From an uncultured bacterium (lineage in GTDB: Bacteria > Actinomycetota > Thermoleophilia > Solirubrobacterales > 70-9), in the NCBI GenBank assembly GCA_963758865.1, contig CAVWWY010000014.1, forward strand, positions 39,581-103,580: a stretch of DNA of 64,000 nt. Reading direction: 5' to 3'. Positions 19,524 to 29,572 of this stretch are shown here, one piece after another. Numbering within the stretch: the first letter of the stretch is position 1; each line of letters begins with the position of its first letter. The notes below the pieces were generated by a model. That model was given only the letters and a program-made list of their open reading frames with translations. It had not been told where the DNA came from and did no database searches. The position numbers and the translations under genes are program-made.

Positions 19524-19948
19524 CGCGTGCCGGCCTCCAAGGTCTCCTTGGTGCGTCGAGCCTCCTCGATCGCCAGGTCCGGCGTCGGTGGGGCCCCGGC
19601 CTGCACGGAGCGGTAGGCAAAGAAGCCCGCGCCCGCCGCGACCGCGAACCAAAACAGCGCCTCGACCATGAAGCCGATCCACACGTGGTCGGAGAAGAAC
19701 AGGTCGTTCAGCAGCCAGGCGATGCCGTGCATGAGCATCGCGAGGCCCATGAGGGCGAAGACCCCGGCCGCGATCCCGACCACCGAGCCCTGGACGAGCT
19801 TGTTGATCTTCTCGCGGATCTCGGTCTTGGCGAGCTCGATCTCCTCGCGAAGCAGGATCGAAATCCGCTCTGAGACGTCCAGAACGAGCTCCCCGACGGA
19901 GCGGTCCTCGGAGCCCCGGTCCGTCCCTAGCGGCTCCTGGGCGCTCAC
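19520..19948 (-). CDS. Phage-holin-family (Holin-X/DUF1469-like) membrane protein
   Basis: SVGELVLDVSERISILLREEIELAKTEIREKI, then two TM segments. This is a common actinobacterial chromosomal family. Confidence 0.65.
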   Translation of the reverse strand: MSAQEPLGTDRGSEDRSVGELVLDVSERISILLREEIELAKTEIREKINKLVQGSVVGIAAGVFALMGLAMLMHGIAWLLNDLFFSDHVWIGFMVEALFWFAVAAGAGFFAYRSVQAGAPPTPDLAIEEARRTKETLEAGTR

Positions 19949-20079
19949 TCGGGCGGATCCTCCCCGAAGACCCGCATCCAGATCGCCGCGGCGGCCCGGT
20001 TTGCGACCACCGCCGCCAGCGCGCTTACGCCCGCCACGAGCCCGGTCCAGAGCAGTCTCCTGAGGATGTCGTTGTCCAT
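19945..20079 (-). CDS. Small hydrophobic protein, 44 aa (below the ORF-track cutoff)
   Basis: Hand-translated: MDNDILRRLLWTGLVAGVSALAAVVANRAAAAIWMRVFGEDPPE. Its stop overlaps the GTG start of the next gene (GTGA), which supports real translation. Confidence 0.35.
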   Translation of the reverse strand: MDNDILRRLLWTGLVAGVSALAAVVANRAAAAIWMRVFGEDPPE

Positions 20080-20084
20080 CTCCG

Positions 20085-21371
20085 TTACCTCGTGGCGGAG
20101 TAAATCAGCTTGGACCGCGAGCGGTCCGAGTGCGAGCGGCCCCCGGTGGCGCCGTCCTCCTCACCGTACCCGGCCCATCGCTCGAAGAAACCTCGAAGGA
20201 CGGCATAGAACCAGGTCCGATCGATGGCGTCGATCGCCCCGTGGCCCCCGCCCGGCAGGACCCAAACCCGGACCAGGTCGTGGTCGCGCGCCGCGTCAGC
20301 GAGCATCCTCGCGTGCTCGACGGGCACGATCTCGTCATCGTCCGGGTGCAGGACGAGCACCGGGACCTTGGCCTGCGCGATGTGCTCCGCGGCGGCGGCA
20401 CGCCGCCAGAGCTCGTCCGCCTCGACCCCGTAGTACGGAGCCGACACCCGCTCGACGGGGTCGAGGAAGTCCTCGATCCCCTCCCAGCCCGCCTGGCGGA
20501 TCCTCGAGGTGAGCATCGCCCAGAACCCGAGGTTGAGGACATATGCGGGGTCGGTGCGAGGCAGGCGGACGGAGAGCCGCTTTGCCATCGCCCTCGGGTC
20601 GGCGGGCGGCGAGATCGCGAGGATCCCGCCGTCGAGTGCCTCGTCGGCGCCCTGCGCGTGGCAGGCGCCCAGCACGGCGGACCCGCCCAGCGAGATCCCC
20701 AGCGCCCCCACCGTCGTCGCGCCCAGCTGCTTCAGATAGCGGCCCGCGGCGACGATGTCCTCGCCCTCCTTCCAACCCACCGTCGTCGGCGCCGGGCTGG
20801 TGAGGTTGGTGAGCCCGAAGCTCCGCAGGTCGAGCGCCAGCACGTTGAAGCCCCACTCGTAGTACGCGCGCACGGCGATCTGGCGGACGTAGTCGAACCG
20901 CCGCGAGGAGAACAGCCCGTGGGCGACGATCAGGCCCGGGCGGCCGCTCGAGGCGTGAAGCCCGACGGTGGCGGCGATCCGCTCGCCGTCCGCCCCCTCG
21001 AACACGTGATCGTCGAACTGGGCGGGATAGGCGTAACCAAGGTTCGCCGCCTCGCGCTGGTTGGCGAGCACGAAGGTCGACAGGTCGGCGAGGCCCTTGC
21101 GCGCCATCGCGGCTTCGGAGTGATGGAGTCCGTGGGGAATCGCCTCGAGGTCGGACATGAGGGAGTCCATCGAGCGCTCCCGCGGCTGCGCCACGGGCAG
21201 TGGAGCCTGATCGCCATCGAGGCCAGCGAGCAGGCGGCGAAAGGGGTCGCGCAGGCGTTGCCCCAACAGCCACAGCGGCACCGCGACGAACCCGACGAGA
21301 ACGTTCAGAGCCTTGGCCGCTCCGTGCAGCGCGCGGTCCTGGCGGTGCGTCGTGCCGAGCGACTCCCACAT
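20085..21371 (-). CDS. Alpha/beta-hydrolase fold protein
   Basis: Nucleophile elbow GISLGGSAV, C-terminal GGGHGA. Start at internal ATG MWESLG, just after the TetR stop (21380). Confidence 0.75.
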   Translation of the reverse strand: MWESLGTTHRQDRALHGAAKALNVLVGFVAVPLWLLGQRLRDPFRRLLAGLDGDQAPLPVAQPRERSMDSLMSDLEAIPHGLHHSEAAMARKGLADLSTFVLANQREAANLGYAYPAQFDDHVFEGADGERIAATVGLHASSGRPGLIVAHGLFSSRRFDYVRQIAVRAYYEWGFNVLALDLRSFGLTNLTSPAPTTVGWKEGEDIVAAGRYLKQLGATTVGALGISLGGSAVLGACHAQGADEALDGGILAISPPADPRAMAKRLSVRLPRTDPAYVLNLGFWAMLTSRIRQAGWEGIEDFLDPVERVSAPYYGVEADELWRRAAAAEHIAQAKVPVLVLHPDDDEIVPVEHARMLADAARDHDLVRVWVLPGGGHGAIDAIDRTWFYAVLRGFFERWAGYGEEDGATGGRSHSDRSRSKLIYSATR

Positions 21372-21379
21372 CGCGGTGC

Positions 21380-22003
21380 CTACCCGGCTCCGGAGGCGCC
21401 GTCGCGGGCCTCGAGGCCGCCGCAGATCGTCTCGACGAGCATCTCGCGGGCACGATCGAAGTCCGCCTCGCCGCCGGGAATCAGATCGAAGACCCACCCG
21501 GAAAGGAGCTGCTCGATCGCGCCGTAGAACCACATCGACGCGAATTCGGGGTCCACGTCGCGGCGGAAGGTCCCCTTCTCCTGGGCGTCGGCCACGATCT
21601 TGGCGATCATCTCGTACGCGCGGCGGATCTCCGGGAGGTGGGTTCGGCCGAAGGAGTTCGCCGCCCTGGTCACGTCGACGATGATCACCTTCATCAGGTC
21701 CGGCTCGTGGCGGTAGGAGTCGATGATGAAGCGCGCGACTGCATCGAGCTTCTCGTGCGCGTCGATCGCCTGGCCGTCCACCTCCTCGATCGCCGCGAGG
21801 AGGAGCGACCAGCGCTCCGTGAACAGCTCGTTCAGGACCTGGTCCTTCGACTTGAAGTAGTGATAGACGAGCCCGTAGGCGACGCCGGCCTCGTCGGCGA
21901 TGTCCGAGACCCGGCAGGCATGGAAGCCCTGCCTGGCGAACACGTGGATCGCCGCGTCGAGGATCTGGCGGCGCTTGTCGACCGGGGGCGCCTTAGCGTC
22001 CAT
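21380..22003 (-). CDS. TetR/AcrR-family transcriptional regulator
   Basis: RRQILDAAIHVFARQGFHACRVSDIADEAGVAYGLVYHYFKSKDQVL is a typical TetR HTH. Intact 207 aa. Confidence 0.9.
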   Translation of the reverse strand: MDAKAPPVDKRRQILDAAIHVFARQGFHACRVSDIADEAGVAYGLVYHYFKSKDQVLNELFTERWSLLLAAIEEVDGQAIDAHEKLDAVARFIIDSYRHEPDLMKVIIVDVTRAANSFGRTHLPEIRRAYEMIAKIVADAQEKGTFRRDVDPEFASMWFYGAIEQLLSGWVFDLIPGGEADFDRAREMLVETICGGLEARDGASGAG

Positions 22004-22015
22004 GGGGCACCGCCA

Positions 22016-22873
22016 TCAGACGCTCAGCTCCTCGGTCTCCGGCCAGCGGTAGGCGTCGGGCCGGCGGTTGGCAAGCGACGGAAGCGTCGCGCGCACCCGG
22101 CTCTGGGCCTCGAGGTCGAGCTCCGCCGCGATGAAGCATTCCTCGTCGGGCGCCTGCGCAAGGACGACGCCCCAGGGGTCCAGGATCATCGAGCGTCCGT
22201 AGGAGCGGTAGTGGGGCGGCGCCTCGCCGATCTGGTTCGGCGCGACCACGAATGCCTGGTTCTCGATCGCGCGAGCGCGAAGCAGGACCTCCCAGTGATC
22301 CCGTCCGGTATCCAGCGTGAACGCCGACGGCACGGTGATCACCGTCGCCCCGCGCACGGCGAGGATCCGGTAGAGCTCCGGAAAGCGAAGGTCGTAGCAG
22401 ACGGTCATCCCTAGGGTGACGCCCTCGAGCCCGCCGAGCAGGGCGGACGTCACCACCTCGCTGCCGGGCTCCTCGTGCGCCGACTCGCGATAGGCGATCC
22501 CGCCGACGTCGACGTCGAACATGTGGATCTTCCGGTAGACGGCCTCGACCTCGCCGCCGGGACCGATCAGGGCCGAGGTGTTGAACGCCTTCTCCTGACC
22601 CTCGACGCGCTCCGCGATGCTGCCGGCGACTATGTGGATGCCCAGCTCGCGCGCCCACGAGCGCGTTGCGCCGATCGTCGTCCCCTCGAGCGGCTCGGCC
22701 CCCTCGAGGAGCGCCGCTGAATCGCCGAGCAGGTTCCACTTCTCCGGCAGCACGACCAGCGCGGCGCCGTCGCGCGCCGCGGCGCGGACGAGTCGCTCGG
22801 CAACCTCGAGGTTGCGAGCCTTGTCGGCCGTCGAGTTGAGCTGTACGGCGCCAGCGCGCATCCCGATCTCCAT
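22016..22873 (-). CDS. Carbon-nitrogen hydrolase (nitrilase superfamily, omega-amidase-like)
   Basis: Catalytic triad context: VLPEKWN (Glu), YRKIHMF (Lys), GMTVCYDLRFPE (Cys). Start taken at MEIGMRAG. The longer ORF to 22942 runs into the intergenic repeat. Confidence 0.85.
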   Translation of the reverse strand: MEIGMRAGAVQLNSTADKARNLEVAERLVRAAARDGAALVVLPEKWNLLGDSAALLEGAEPLEGTTIGATRSWARELGIHIVAGSIAERVEGQEKAFNTSALIGPGGEVEAVYRKIHMFDVDVGGIAYRESAHEEPGSEVVTSALLGGLEGVTLGMTVCYDLRFPELYRILAVRGATVITVPSAFTLDTGRDHWEVLLRARAIENQAFVVAPNQIGEAPPHYRSYGRSMILDPWGVVLAQAPDEECFIAAELDLEAQSRVRATLPSLANRRPDAYRWPETEELSV

Positions 22874-22880
22874 CCGCACC

Positions 22881-22942
22881 TGAATTACTTGCGGGCGCCT
22901 TCGGCGCCCTGACATGCCTGTTTCGGAGCTAAAGCCCCTCAT
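22881..22942 (-). repeat. Single copy of the double-hairpin intergenic repeat (forward form on the minus strand)
   Basis: The reverse complement reads ATGAGGGGCTTTAGCTCCGAAACAGGCATGTCAGGGCGCCGAAGGCGCCCGCAAGTAATTCAGG. It ends 8 nt upstream of the C-N hydrolase start codon. Confidence 0.9.
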
Positions 22943-22956
22943 CCACTGACCGGCCT

Positions 22957-22972
22957 GATTGACCAGTCAATC
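22957..22972. promoter_or_regulatory. Perfect 7-2-7 inverted repeat GATTGAC-CA-GTCAATC; candidate TetR operator upstream of the hydrolase-tetR-hydrolase operon
   Basis: The palindrome is read directly from the sequence. It lies in the only intergenic region upstream of an operon that encodes a TetR regulator. The function is inferred. Confidence 0.35.
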
Positions 22973-23037
22973 TAGGGAAGTATAGGTTCGGGTCAGCGCA
23001 GGGACGCGTGGCGGGGGATCGAGCTTCGCCCCTGCCT

Positions 23038-23907
23038 TCAGCCGCGGGGCGGCGGCTCGCGACGGCCAAGGCCCAGCGCCCGGCGCATCACCCGGTCGAA
23101 GACGCGGGTCGGCAGAAGCGCCTGGGCCGCGATCATCCCTCGCGCGTCGGCCCCCACCACGTAGCGGGCGCGGGGCCGCCGCGCGGTCAGCGCCCGCTCG
23201 ACCACTCGCGCCACCCGCTCGGGCTCCATTCCGCGCTCCCCCGTGCGGGCGGCGGCCGCCAGGGCCGCACGGGCATCCTCGCCATAGACCTCCTTCATCG
23301 CGGCCGACATATCGGAGGTCATGCTCTCCCCGTGTTCCCGGCCTCGCTCCCAGATCGCCGTCTTGATGCTGCCGGGCTCGACCGCGCAAACGTCCACCCC
23401 GGCGCCGGCGAGCTCGCGACGGAGCGCATCCGAGATGCCCTCCAGGCCGAACTTGGCGGCGTGATAGGGGCCCATGAAGGGCGTCGCCACACGGCCCCCC
23501 ACGGAGGTCACGTTGATGATCCGGCCCTGAGCGCGGCGAAGGGATGGCAAGAGAGCCTGCGTGACCGCGATCTGGCCCACGAGGTTGACCTCGAGCTGGC
23601 GCCGCAGGTCCTCGATCGGCAGCGCCTCCACCGGCCCCGGGACCACGATGCCCGCATTGTTGACGAGGCCCCAGAGGCCCTCCGGCCCGACGGCCTCGTC
23701 CACCCTGGTCGCGGCGCCGGCGATCTCGTCAGCGTCGGTGACGTCTAGCCGCAGGGGCTCGAGCTCGCCCCTTGCCTCGGATGCAAGCTGGATGGCGTCC
23801 GCCTCCTTCCGGTACCCGGCGAACACCCGAAATCCGGTTCGGGAGAGTCGCAGCGCGCAGGCGCGGCCGATCCCGCTCGACGCCCCGGTGATCACAACCG
23901 CCCTCAC
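23038..23907 (-). CDS. Short-chain dehydrogenase/reductase (classical SDR)
   Basis: VVITGASSGIGRA, NNAG, YHAAKFGLEG (YxxxK). Intact 289 aa. Confidence 0.9.
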   Translation of the reverse strand: MRAVVITGASSGIGRACALRLSRTGFRVFAGYRKEADAIQLASEARGELEPLRLDVTDADEIAGAATRVDEAVGPEGLWGLVNNAGIVVPGPVEALPIEDLRRQLEVNLVGQIAVTQALLPSLRRAQGRIINVTSVGGRVATPFMGPYHAAKFGLEGISDALRRELAGAGVDVCAVEPGSIKTAIWERGREHGESMTSDMSAAMKEVYGEDARAALAAAARTGERGMEPERVARVVERALTARRPRARYVVGADARGMIAAQALLPTRVFDRVMRRALGLGRREPPPRG

Positions 23908-23978
23908 CGGAGTAAACCTAGTCGCCCTCCGGGCGGGCGCAGGGATGCGGATCCCTGCGCCGAGGCGCGGCGCGCGAT

Positions 23979-24668
23979 TCAGCCTCGGCGACCACTCTGT
24001 CGCTCGAGCTCGGCGACCAGCAGCTTGGTGTGGAGGGCCGCGATCAGGTCGTTCAGCGGGCCGACCCCGGCCTCGACGATCTCCAGGGCGCGATCGGGAT
24101 CGAGGTCGCCGGCGAGGCGCTGGGTGAGCACCTCCACCTCCTCGGCGACCAGCGGGCCGAGCGCCTCCTTGTAGCGCAGCGTGTCGTAGACGGTGAACCC
24201 CAGGCGCTCGTCGTATCCCCCCGCGCGGAACCGAGTGATCGCCTCGATGATCCGCACGTCGGAGGGCGAGTATCCGACACTGTCGGGGCTGAGGATCTCG
24301 AGCTCCGCCAGGCGGTCGAGGACCTCCGGGGGGATCTCGTAGCGGTCGCGGACCTCCTGTGCCGGGATTCGCTCACGCTCGCCGACCAGCGCCCGCTCGA
24401 GGATGCGATCCTCGAGCTCGATCATCGCCCGCAGCCGCTCCGGCTCCGCGTCCTCTCGCTCGAGCAGCTCCCGGATCACTCGCAGGGGCATGAACCGCTC
24501 CTCCTGGAGCTGCTTGATCACCCGGATCCTGTCGACGAACTCCGGCGCGTAATAGGCCATGTTGCGGCTCGTCTTGACCGGCTCCGGGAGGAGCCCCTCG
24601 CGGAGGTAGTGGTGAATCGTCGCCACCGACACCCCGGAGCGCTCGGCGAGCTCGGAGATCTTGAGCAA
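23979..24668 (-). CDS. MerR-family transcriptional regulator
   Basis: LKISELAERSGVSVATIHHYLREGLL is a MerR HTH. It has a long C-terminal effector/coiled domain. Intact 229 aa. Confidence 0.85.
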   Translation of the reverse strand: MLKISELAERSGVSVATIHHYLREGLLPEPVKTSRNMAYYAPEFVDRIRVIKQLQEERFMPLRVIRELLEREDAEPERLRAMIELEDRILERALVGERERIPAQEVRDRYEIPPEVLDRLAELEILSPDSVGYSPSDVRIIEAITRFRAGGYDERLGFTVYDTLRYKEALGPLVAEEVEVLTQRLAGDLDPDRALEIVEAGVGPLNDLIAALHTKLLVAELERQSGRRG

Positions 24669-24716
24669 CTCCGCGTTGCTCGTCGCCGGGTTCGCGCTGG
24701 GACTCCTGGTCGACGC

Positions 24717-25956
24717 TCACGCGAGGAAGCTCCCCTGTTCGGCTGCCTGATTGAGGCCGGCCGCGGCGCCGCTCTCGATCAGTCCCGCGACCTCGTCGTC
24801 GGCGAACCCCGCCTCGCGGAGCACCTCCTCGGTGTGCTCGCCCAGCGCGGGCGCTGGCCGCTCCACGCCTCCCGGCGTGCGCGAGAGCTTCACCGGCACG
24901 CCGAGCTGGCGCACCGGGCCCAGCCGCGGCTGCTCGAGCTCGACCACCATCTCGCGCTGTCGCACGAGCTCGGAATCGAGCGCCTCATCCAGGTCCAGGA
25001 CGGGCTCGATCATCGCGTCGTGCTCGTCGTTGAACGCCCGCCACTCCTCCCTGGTGCGGGACCGAAACACATCGGCGATCTGGTGCCCGTCCTCCGAATC
25101 GGGGGACGCGAACTGCTTGTCGATCAGGTCGGGACGCCCGACCCCGTTGCAGAAGTTCTGCCAGAACTTGGGCTCCAGCGCGCCGCAGGTGACGTACCCG
25201 TCCGCAGCCTCGTACGGCAGGTAGCAGGCGAACGCCCCGGTGAGCGATCCGCGGCCGCGCTGGGGTACGACCCCGTCGCACAGGTACTGGGCCGCCACCA
25301 TCGCGAGCCAGGCAAGCGACCCGTCGGTCATCGACACGTCCACGAGCTGCCCCTCCCCCGAGCGCTCGCGCTCGCGAAGCGCCGCCATGACGCCGAAGGC
25401 AGCCATCAGCGCGCCGCCGCCGATGTCGGCGATCTGGCCGGCGGACTGGATCGGCGCGGCCTTCGGGCTCGCCGGTGAGGCCGAGCAGGCCGTTCAGGCC
25501 GAGGTAGTTCATGTCGTGGCCGGCGCGATCGGTGTTCGGTCCCGTCTGACCGTAGCCGGTGATCGCGCAATAGACGATTCCGGGGTTGGCCCGGCGGAGC
25601 GCGTCGTAGCCGCACCCGAGCCGGTCGAGGACCCCGGGCCGAAAGCTCTCCAGCACGACGTCGAATTCGCCGGCCAGCCTCAGCATCGCGTCGCGGCCGG
25701 CCTCGGACTTCAGGTCGAGCCGGATCGAGCGCTTGCCGCGATTCAGCGCCAGGTAGAGGGCGGAGCGGGTCCCCAGCGCCTGGTCGGACTCGGAGCCGTA
25801 GTACGGCGGCGCCCAGCGGACGTAGTCCCCCATCGCCGTGTCCTCGACCTTCACGACGTCCGCGCCGAAGTCGGCCAGCAGGAGCGAGCAGAACCCGCCT
25901 GGGAGCAGCCTCGTTAGGTCCAACACCCGGATGTCGCTGAGGGCGCGAGCGCTCAT
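24717..25956 (-). pseudogene. CaiB/BaiF family III CoA-transferase; one frame break
   Basis: N-terminal half [37 protein letters not shown] in ORF 24985-26421. C-terminal half in ORF 24717-25406. Break near 25430. ATGA overlap with the upstream gene. Confidence 0.8.
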
Positions 25957-26893
25957 TCCGGCGAGGCCTCGGATGCCTCGATCGGATGCGAGAGCACCTC
26001 GCGCCGGGTCGGCGCCTCCCGGTTCGGCACGCCCAGCATCTCCCGCGCCTCGGCGACCGTCGCCGCCCGCCGGCCCACGTCCTCTGCCATCTGGCGGGCC
26101 TTGGCGATCAGGTCTCCGTTCGACCGCGCCATCTCGCCATCGGGCAGATAGAAGTTGTCCTCGAGGCCGGCGCGGACGTTGCCCCCGAGCGCCAGCGCCG
26201 CGCCGATCAGCCTCCACTGGTCGCGGGAGATCCCGATCACCTGCCAGTTGTTTGGTCCCTCGCCGCCACCGGGGATCTGCTCGGCCATGAACGCCACGTT
26301 TCTCGCGTTGGGGCGGATGCCGCCGTTGACCCCGATCACCAGCGAGACGTTCAACGGCTCTGCGAGCAGCCCCATGTCGATCAATGGATCGAGGTTCGCG
26401 ATGTGGCCGGCGTCGAAGCATTCGTGCTCGGGCCTGATCCCCAGCTCGCGCATCTCGGTGAGGAACTCGATGATCGTGTCGAAGCTGTTCTCGAACACCG
26501 CCTTGAACACGAACTCCTTGCGCCGGCGGGAGTACTTGGCGTAGTTCATGGAGCTCATGTTCAGCGCGGCCACGTCGGGTCGCAGCTCCCGCAGGTAGGC
26601 GATCCGCTTGTCGATCGGCACCCCGATGGCGCCGGTTGAGTAGTTGACGATCACGTCGTCGACCTCGGCCCGGATCGCCTCGGTGATCGCGCGGAAGTCG
26701 TCGATCTCGTAGCTCGGCACGCCATCCGGCGTCCGGGCGTGGATGTGGATCTGCACCCGCCCTCGTCGACGATCCGCCGAGCCTCCGCGGCGTACTCCTC
26801 CGGCGTATAGGGGATCGCCGGACACTGGTCGCGGTTGGCGATTGCGCCGCTGATCGTGCAGGACAGGATCACCGGGTTTTCGAACCGGCTCAT
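25953..26893 (-). pseudogene. Beta-keto acid cleavage enzyme family (BKACE/DUF849, 3-keto-5-aminohexanoate cleavage enzyme-like); one frame break
   Basis: N-terminus [39 protein letters not shown] (ORF 26651-26935). Then [45 protein letters not shown] (ORF 25953-27002). Break near 26760. Confidence 0.75.
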
Positions 26894-26998
26894 GAGAGTC
26901 CTCGGGCCACGCGAACGAAGCGCTGGGCTTCCCATCGAGTGGCGTATTACTGGGCTTCAGGCACATCAAGACGCCACTCGACTCGGATCGGGCCCGGC

Positions 26999-28687
26999 TC
27001 ATACGGGCATCACCCCGTGCTTCTTGTGGGGGCGCTGGATCCGCTTGTCGGCCGCCATCCGCAGGCCGCGGATGATCGTCGGCCGAGTCTCGCGCGGGTC
27101 GATGACGTCGTCGATCACGTCGTTGCGCGCCGCGATGTATGGGTCGATCGACTCCTTGATCCGGGCGAGCATCTCCTCGCGGGTCTTCTCGGGGTCATCA
27201 GAGGCCTCGATCGCCGAGCGGCCGATGATGTTCACGGCGCCCTCCGGGCCCATGACGGAGATCTCCGCGGTCGGCCAGGCGACGATCAGGTCGGGCTCGT
27301 AGGCCTTGCCGCACATCACGTAGTAGCCGGCGCCGTAGGCCTTGCGGACCACCACCGTGATCTTGGGCACCGTCGCCCGGGAGACCGCGTAGAGCATCTT
27401 CGCGCCGTGGCGGATGATCCCGGCGTGCTCCACCTTGGAGCCGACCATGAACCCGGGGACGTCCTGGAGGAAGACGAGCGGGATGTTGAAGGCGTCGCAC
27501 AGGTTGATGAACCGCGCCGCCTTGTCGGCGGAGTCGTTCTCGAGGATGCCCCCGAGCTGCTTCGGCTGGTTGGCGACGATCCCGACCGGCTGGCCGCCGA
27601 ACCGGGCCAGGCAGGTGATGATCGTCTTGGCGAACTTGGGCTTGATGTCGAAGATCTCGCCGTCGTCGACGATCTCGCGGATCACGTCGTACATGTCGTA
27701 CGGGTGCCGGGCAGACTCGGGGACGATGTCCAAGAGCTTCTCCGACATCCGGTCGTCGGGGTCGTCCGTCTCGCGGAGTCGGCGGGCGCTCCTCGCAGCT
27801 CGCGGGGAAGTACGAGAGATAGCTCTTCACGACCTCGATGCACTCGTGGTCGTCCTTGACCTCCAGATCACCCGACGCCCGAGACGCGGCAGTGGACCCT
27901 GGCCCCGCCCAGCTCCTCCATCGAGATGTCCTCGCCGGTCACCGCCTTCGTCAGGTGCGGTCCGGCGAGCGCCATCGCCCCCTGCCCGACCACCATCGGG
28001 ACGAAGTCGGCCAGCCCGGGGATGTAGGCGGTGCCGGCGGCGCACGGCCCCACCATCGCCGCGACCAAGCGGGATGACGCCGGACATCGTCACCTCCTCG
28101 CGGAACAGGTGCCCTGACCCGGCGAACAGCGAGCCGGCGGCCTCCTGGATCCGAGCCCCCGCCGAGTCGAGCAGCCAGATGAACGGCATCCGCTTCTGCG
28201 AGCGCCATCTCCCTGCAGCCGTGAGACCTTGAGCTCGCCCGTCATTCCCATCGACCCGCCATCACCGTGAAGTCGTAGGCGACGATGCAGCAGGTCCGGC
28301 CGTCGACATCGCCCCAGCCGGTGATCACTCCGTCGGCCGGAGCCTCCCTGCCCTCCATCGAGCGCTGGGAGAAGTGTGGGCCGCCGTGGATCCCGATCTC
28401 GACGAAGCTCCCGGGTCGACCAGCAGGTCGAGCCGCTCGCGCGCGGTCAGCTTGCCGCGCTCGTGCTGAAGGGCGATCTTCTCCTCGCCGCCCCCGAGCT
28501 TCGTTCGCCGGCGGCGATCGTGGAGATCCTCTACCAGGGTCTTCATCCCCGTCTCCTCGCCGGCCTCGACCTCGTCCGGCGCCTCCGAGGCCTCCGCGGA
28601 ATCACCATCCGGCCGCGTGCTCATCTCCGACTCCGCCGCGGCCGGGTCACTGGCGGGTTGATCGACCTTCGGCGTGTCTTTCGCCAT
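26999..28687 (-). pseudogene. Acyl-CoA carboxylase carboxyltransferase (beta) subunit; at least five frame breaks
   Basis: The C-terminal half is intact in ORF 26999-27748 (QPVGIVANQP, DAFNIPLVFLQDVPGFMVG, RKAYGAGYYVM). N-terminal pieces lie in several frames: KLTARERLDLLVDPG, MPFIWLLDSAGARIQE, MVGPCAAGTAYIPGLADF, GPHLTKAVTGEDIS. Confidence 0.8.
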
Positions 28688-28689
28688 CT

Positions 28690-29478
28690 CTACCTGCCCT
28701 TCCACTTCGGTTCGCGCTTCTCGAAGAATGCCTGGGCGCCCTCCACGATGTCCTCGGTGCTGAAGGTGAGGGACAACTGCGAGCGCAGGTACTCGAGCGC
28801 GTCGTCCAGCGCCATGTCCTGCTGGCGGTACATCGCGTCGTGGCCGAGGCGCATCAGCACCGGGCTCTTCGACGCCAGCTTGCCCGCCCAGTCGGCGACC
28901 GCCGCATCGAACTGGTCCTCGGGCACGACCTTGTTGGCGAGCCCGTGCCGCACCGCGTCCTCCGCCGATAGCCGCTCCCCGAACAGGATCATCTCGTTCA
29001 CCACCTTGCGAGGCACGTTGCGGTAGATGATCGACATGATCATGTAGGGGAAAGCCCCGATGTTGATCTCCGGGGTCCAGAAGTCGGCTCCCTCCTTCGC
29101 GATCACCAGGTCGCACGAGAGGGCGAGGCCCAACCCGCCCGCCACCACGTGGCCGTTGGCGGCGCAAAGCGATGGCTTTCCGAGCCGTGGCATCAGCCGG
29201 AAGAATTCGAGGAAGAGGTCGGTGCCGAAGTGCTTTTGGATCGGCGGGGCATCGGAGCCGAAGCCGCCCAAGTCGGCGCCGGCGCAGAACGCTTTGCCCG
29301 CCCCGGTGAGCACCAGCGCCCTCGCGTCGGCGTCGTCACGGACCCGCCCGACCGCCTCCACCAGCTGCGCGAGCATCTCGGCCGACAGGCGGTTTCGCTT
29401 CTCGGGGTCGTTCAGGGTCACGGTCGCGACGCCCGCTTCGACTTCGTAGAGGACGAGCTGCTCGGCCACCGGCGCCAC
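28690..29478 (-). CDS. Enoyl-CoA hydratase/isomerase (crotonase) family protein
   Basis: VATVTLNDPEKRN, LTGAGKAFCAGADL, VAGGLGLALSCDL, FFEKREPKWKGR. GTG start at 29478 (or 29469). Confidence 0.85.
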   Translation of the reverse strand: MAPVAEQLVLYEVEAGVATVTLNDPEKRNRLSAEMLAQLVEAVGRVRDDADARALVLTGAGKAFCAGADLGGFGSDAPPIQKHFGTDLFLEFFRLMPRLGKPSLCAANGHVVAGGLGLALSCDLVIAKEGADFWTPEINIGAFPYMIMSIIYRNVPRKVVNEMILFGERLSAEDAVRHGLANKVVPEDQFDAAVADWAGKLASKSPVLMRLGHDAMYRQQDMALDDALEYLRSQLSLTFSTEDIVEGAQAFFEKREPKWKGR

Positions 29479-29572
29479 CGTAGCACAAAGTATGAGGTAA
29501 TACTCTATGCTGCGTGCCGCGCGCGCCCAGCATGCGGGCGCCGCACCCGATCCCTCGACAAGGAGCGAAACA

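Noticed and set aside
19520-19948. 'Phage holin' as evidence of a prophage or lysis cassette.
   Set aside because: There is no endolysin, terminase, capsid, tail or integrase gene, and no att-like repeats nearby. This Holin-X-type family is widespread in actinobacterial chromosomes.
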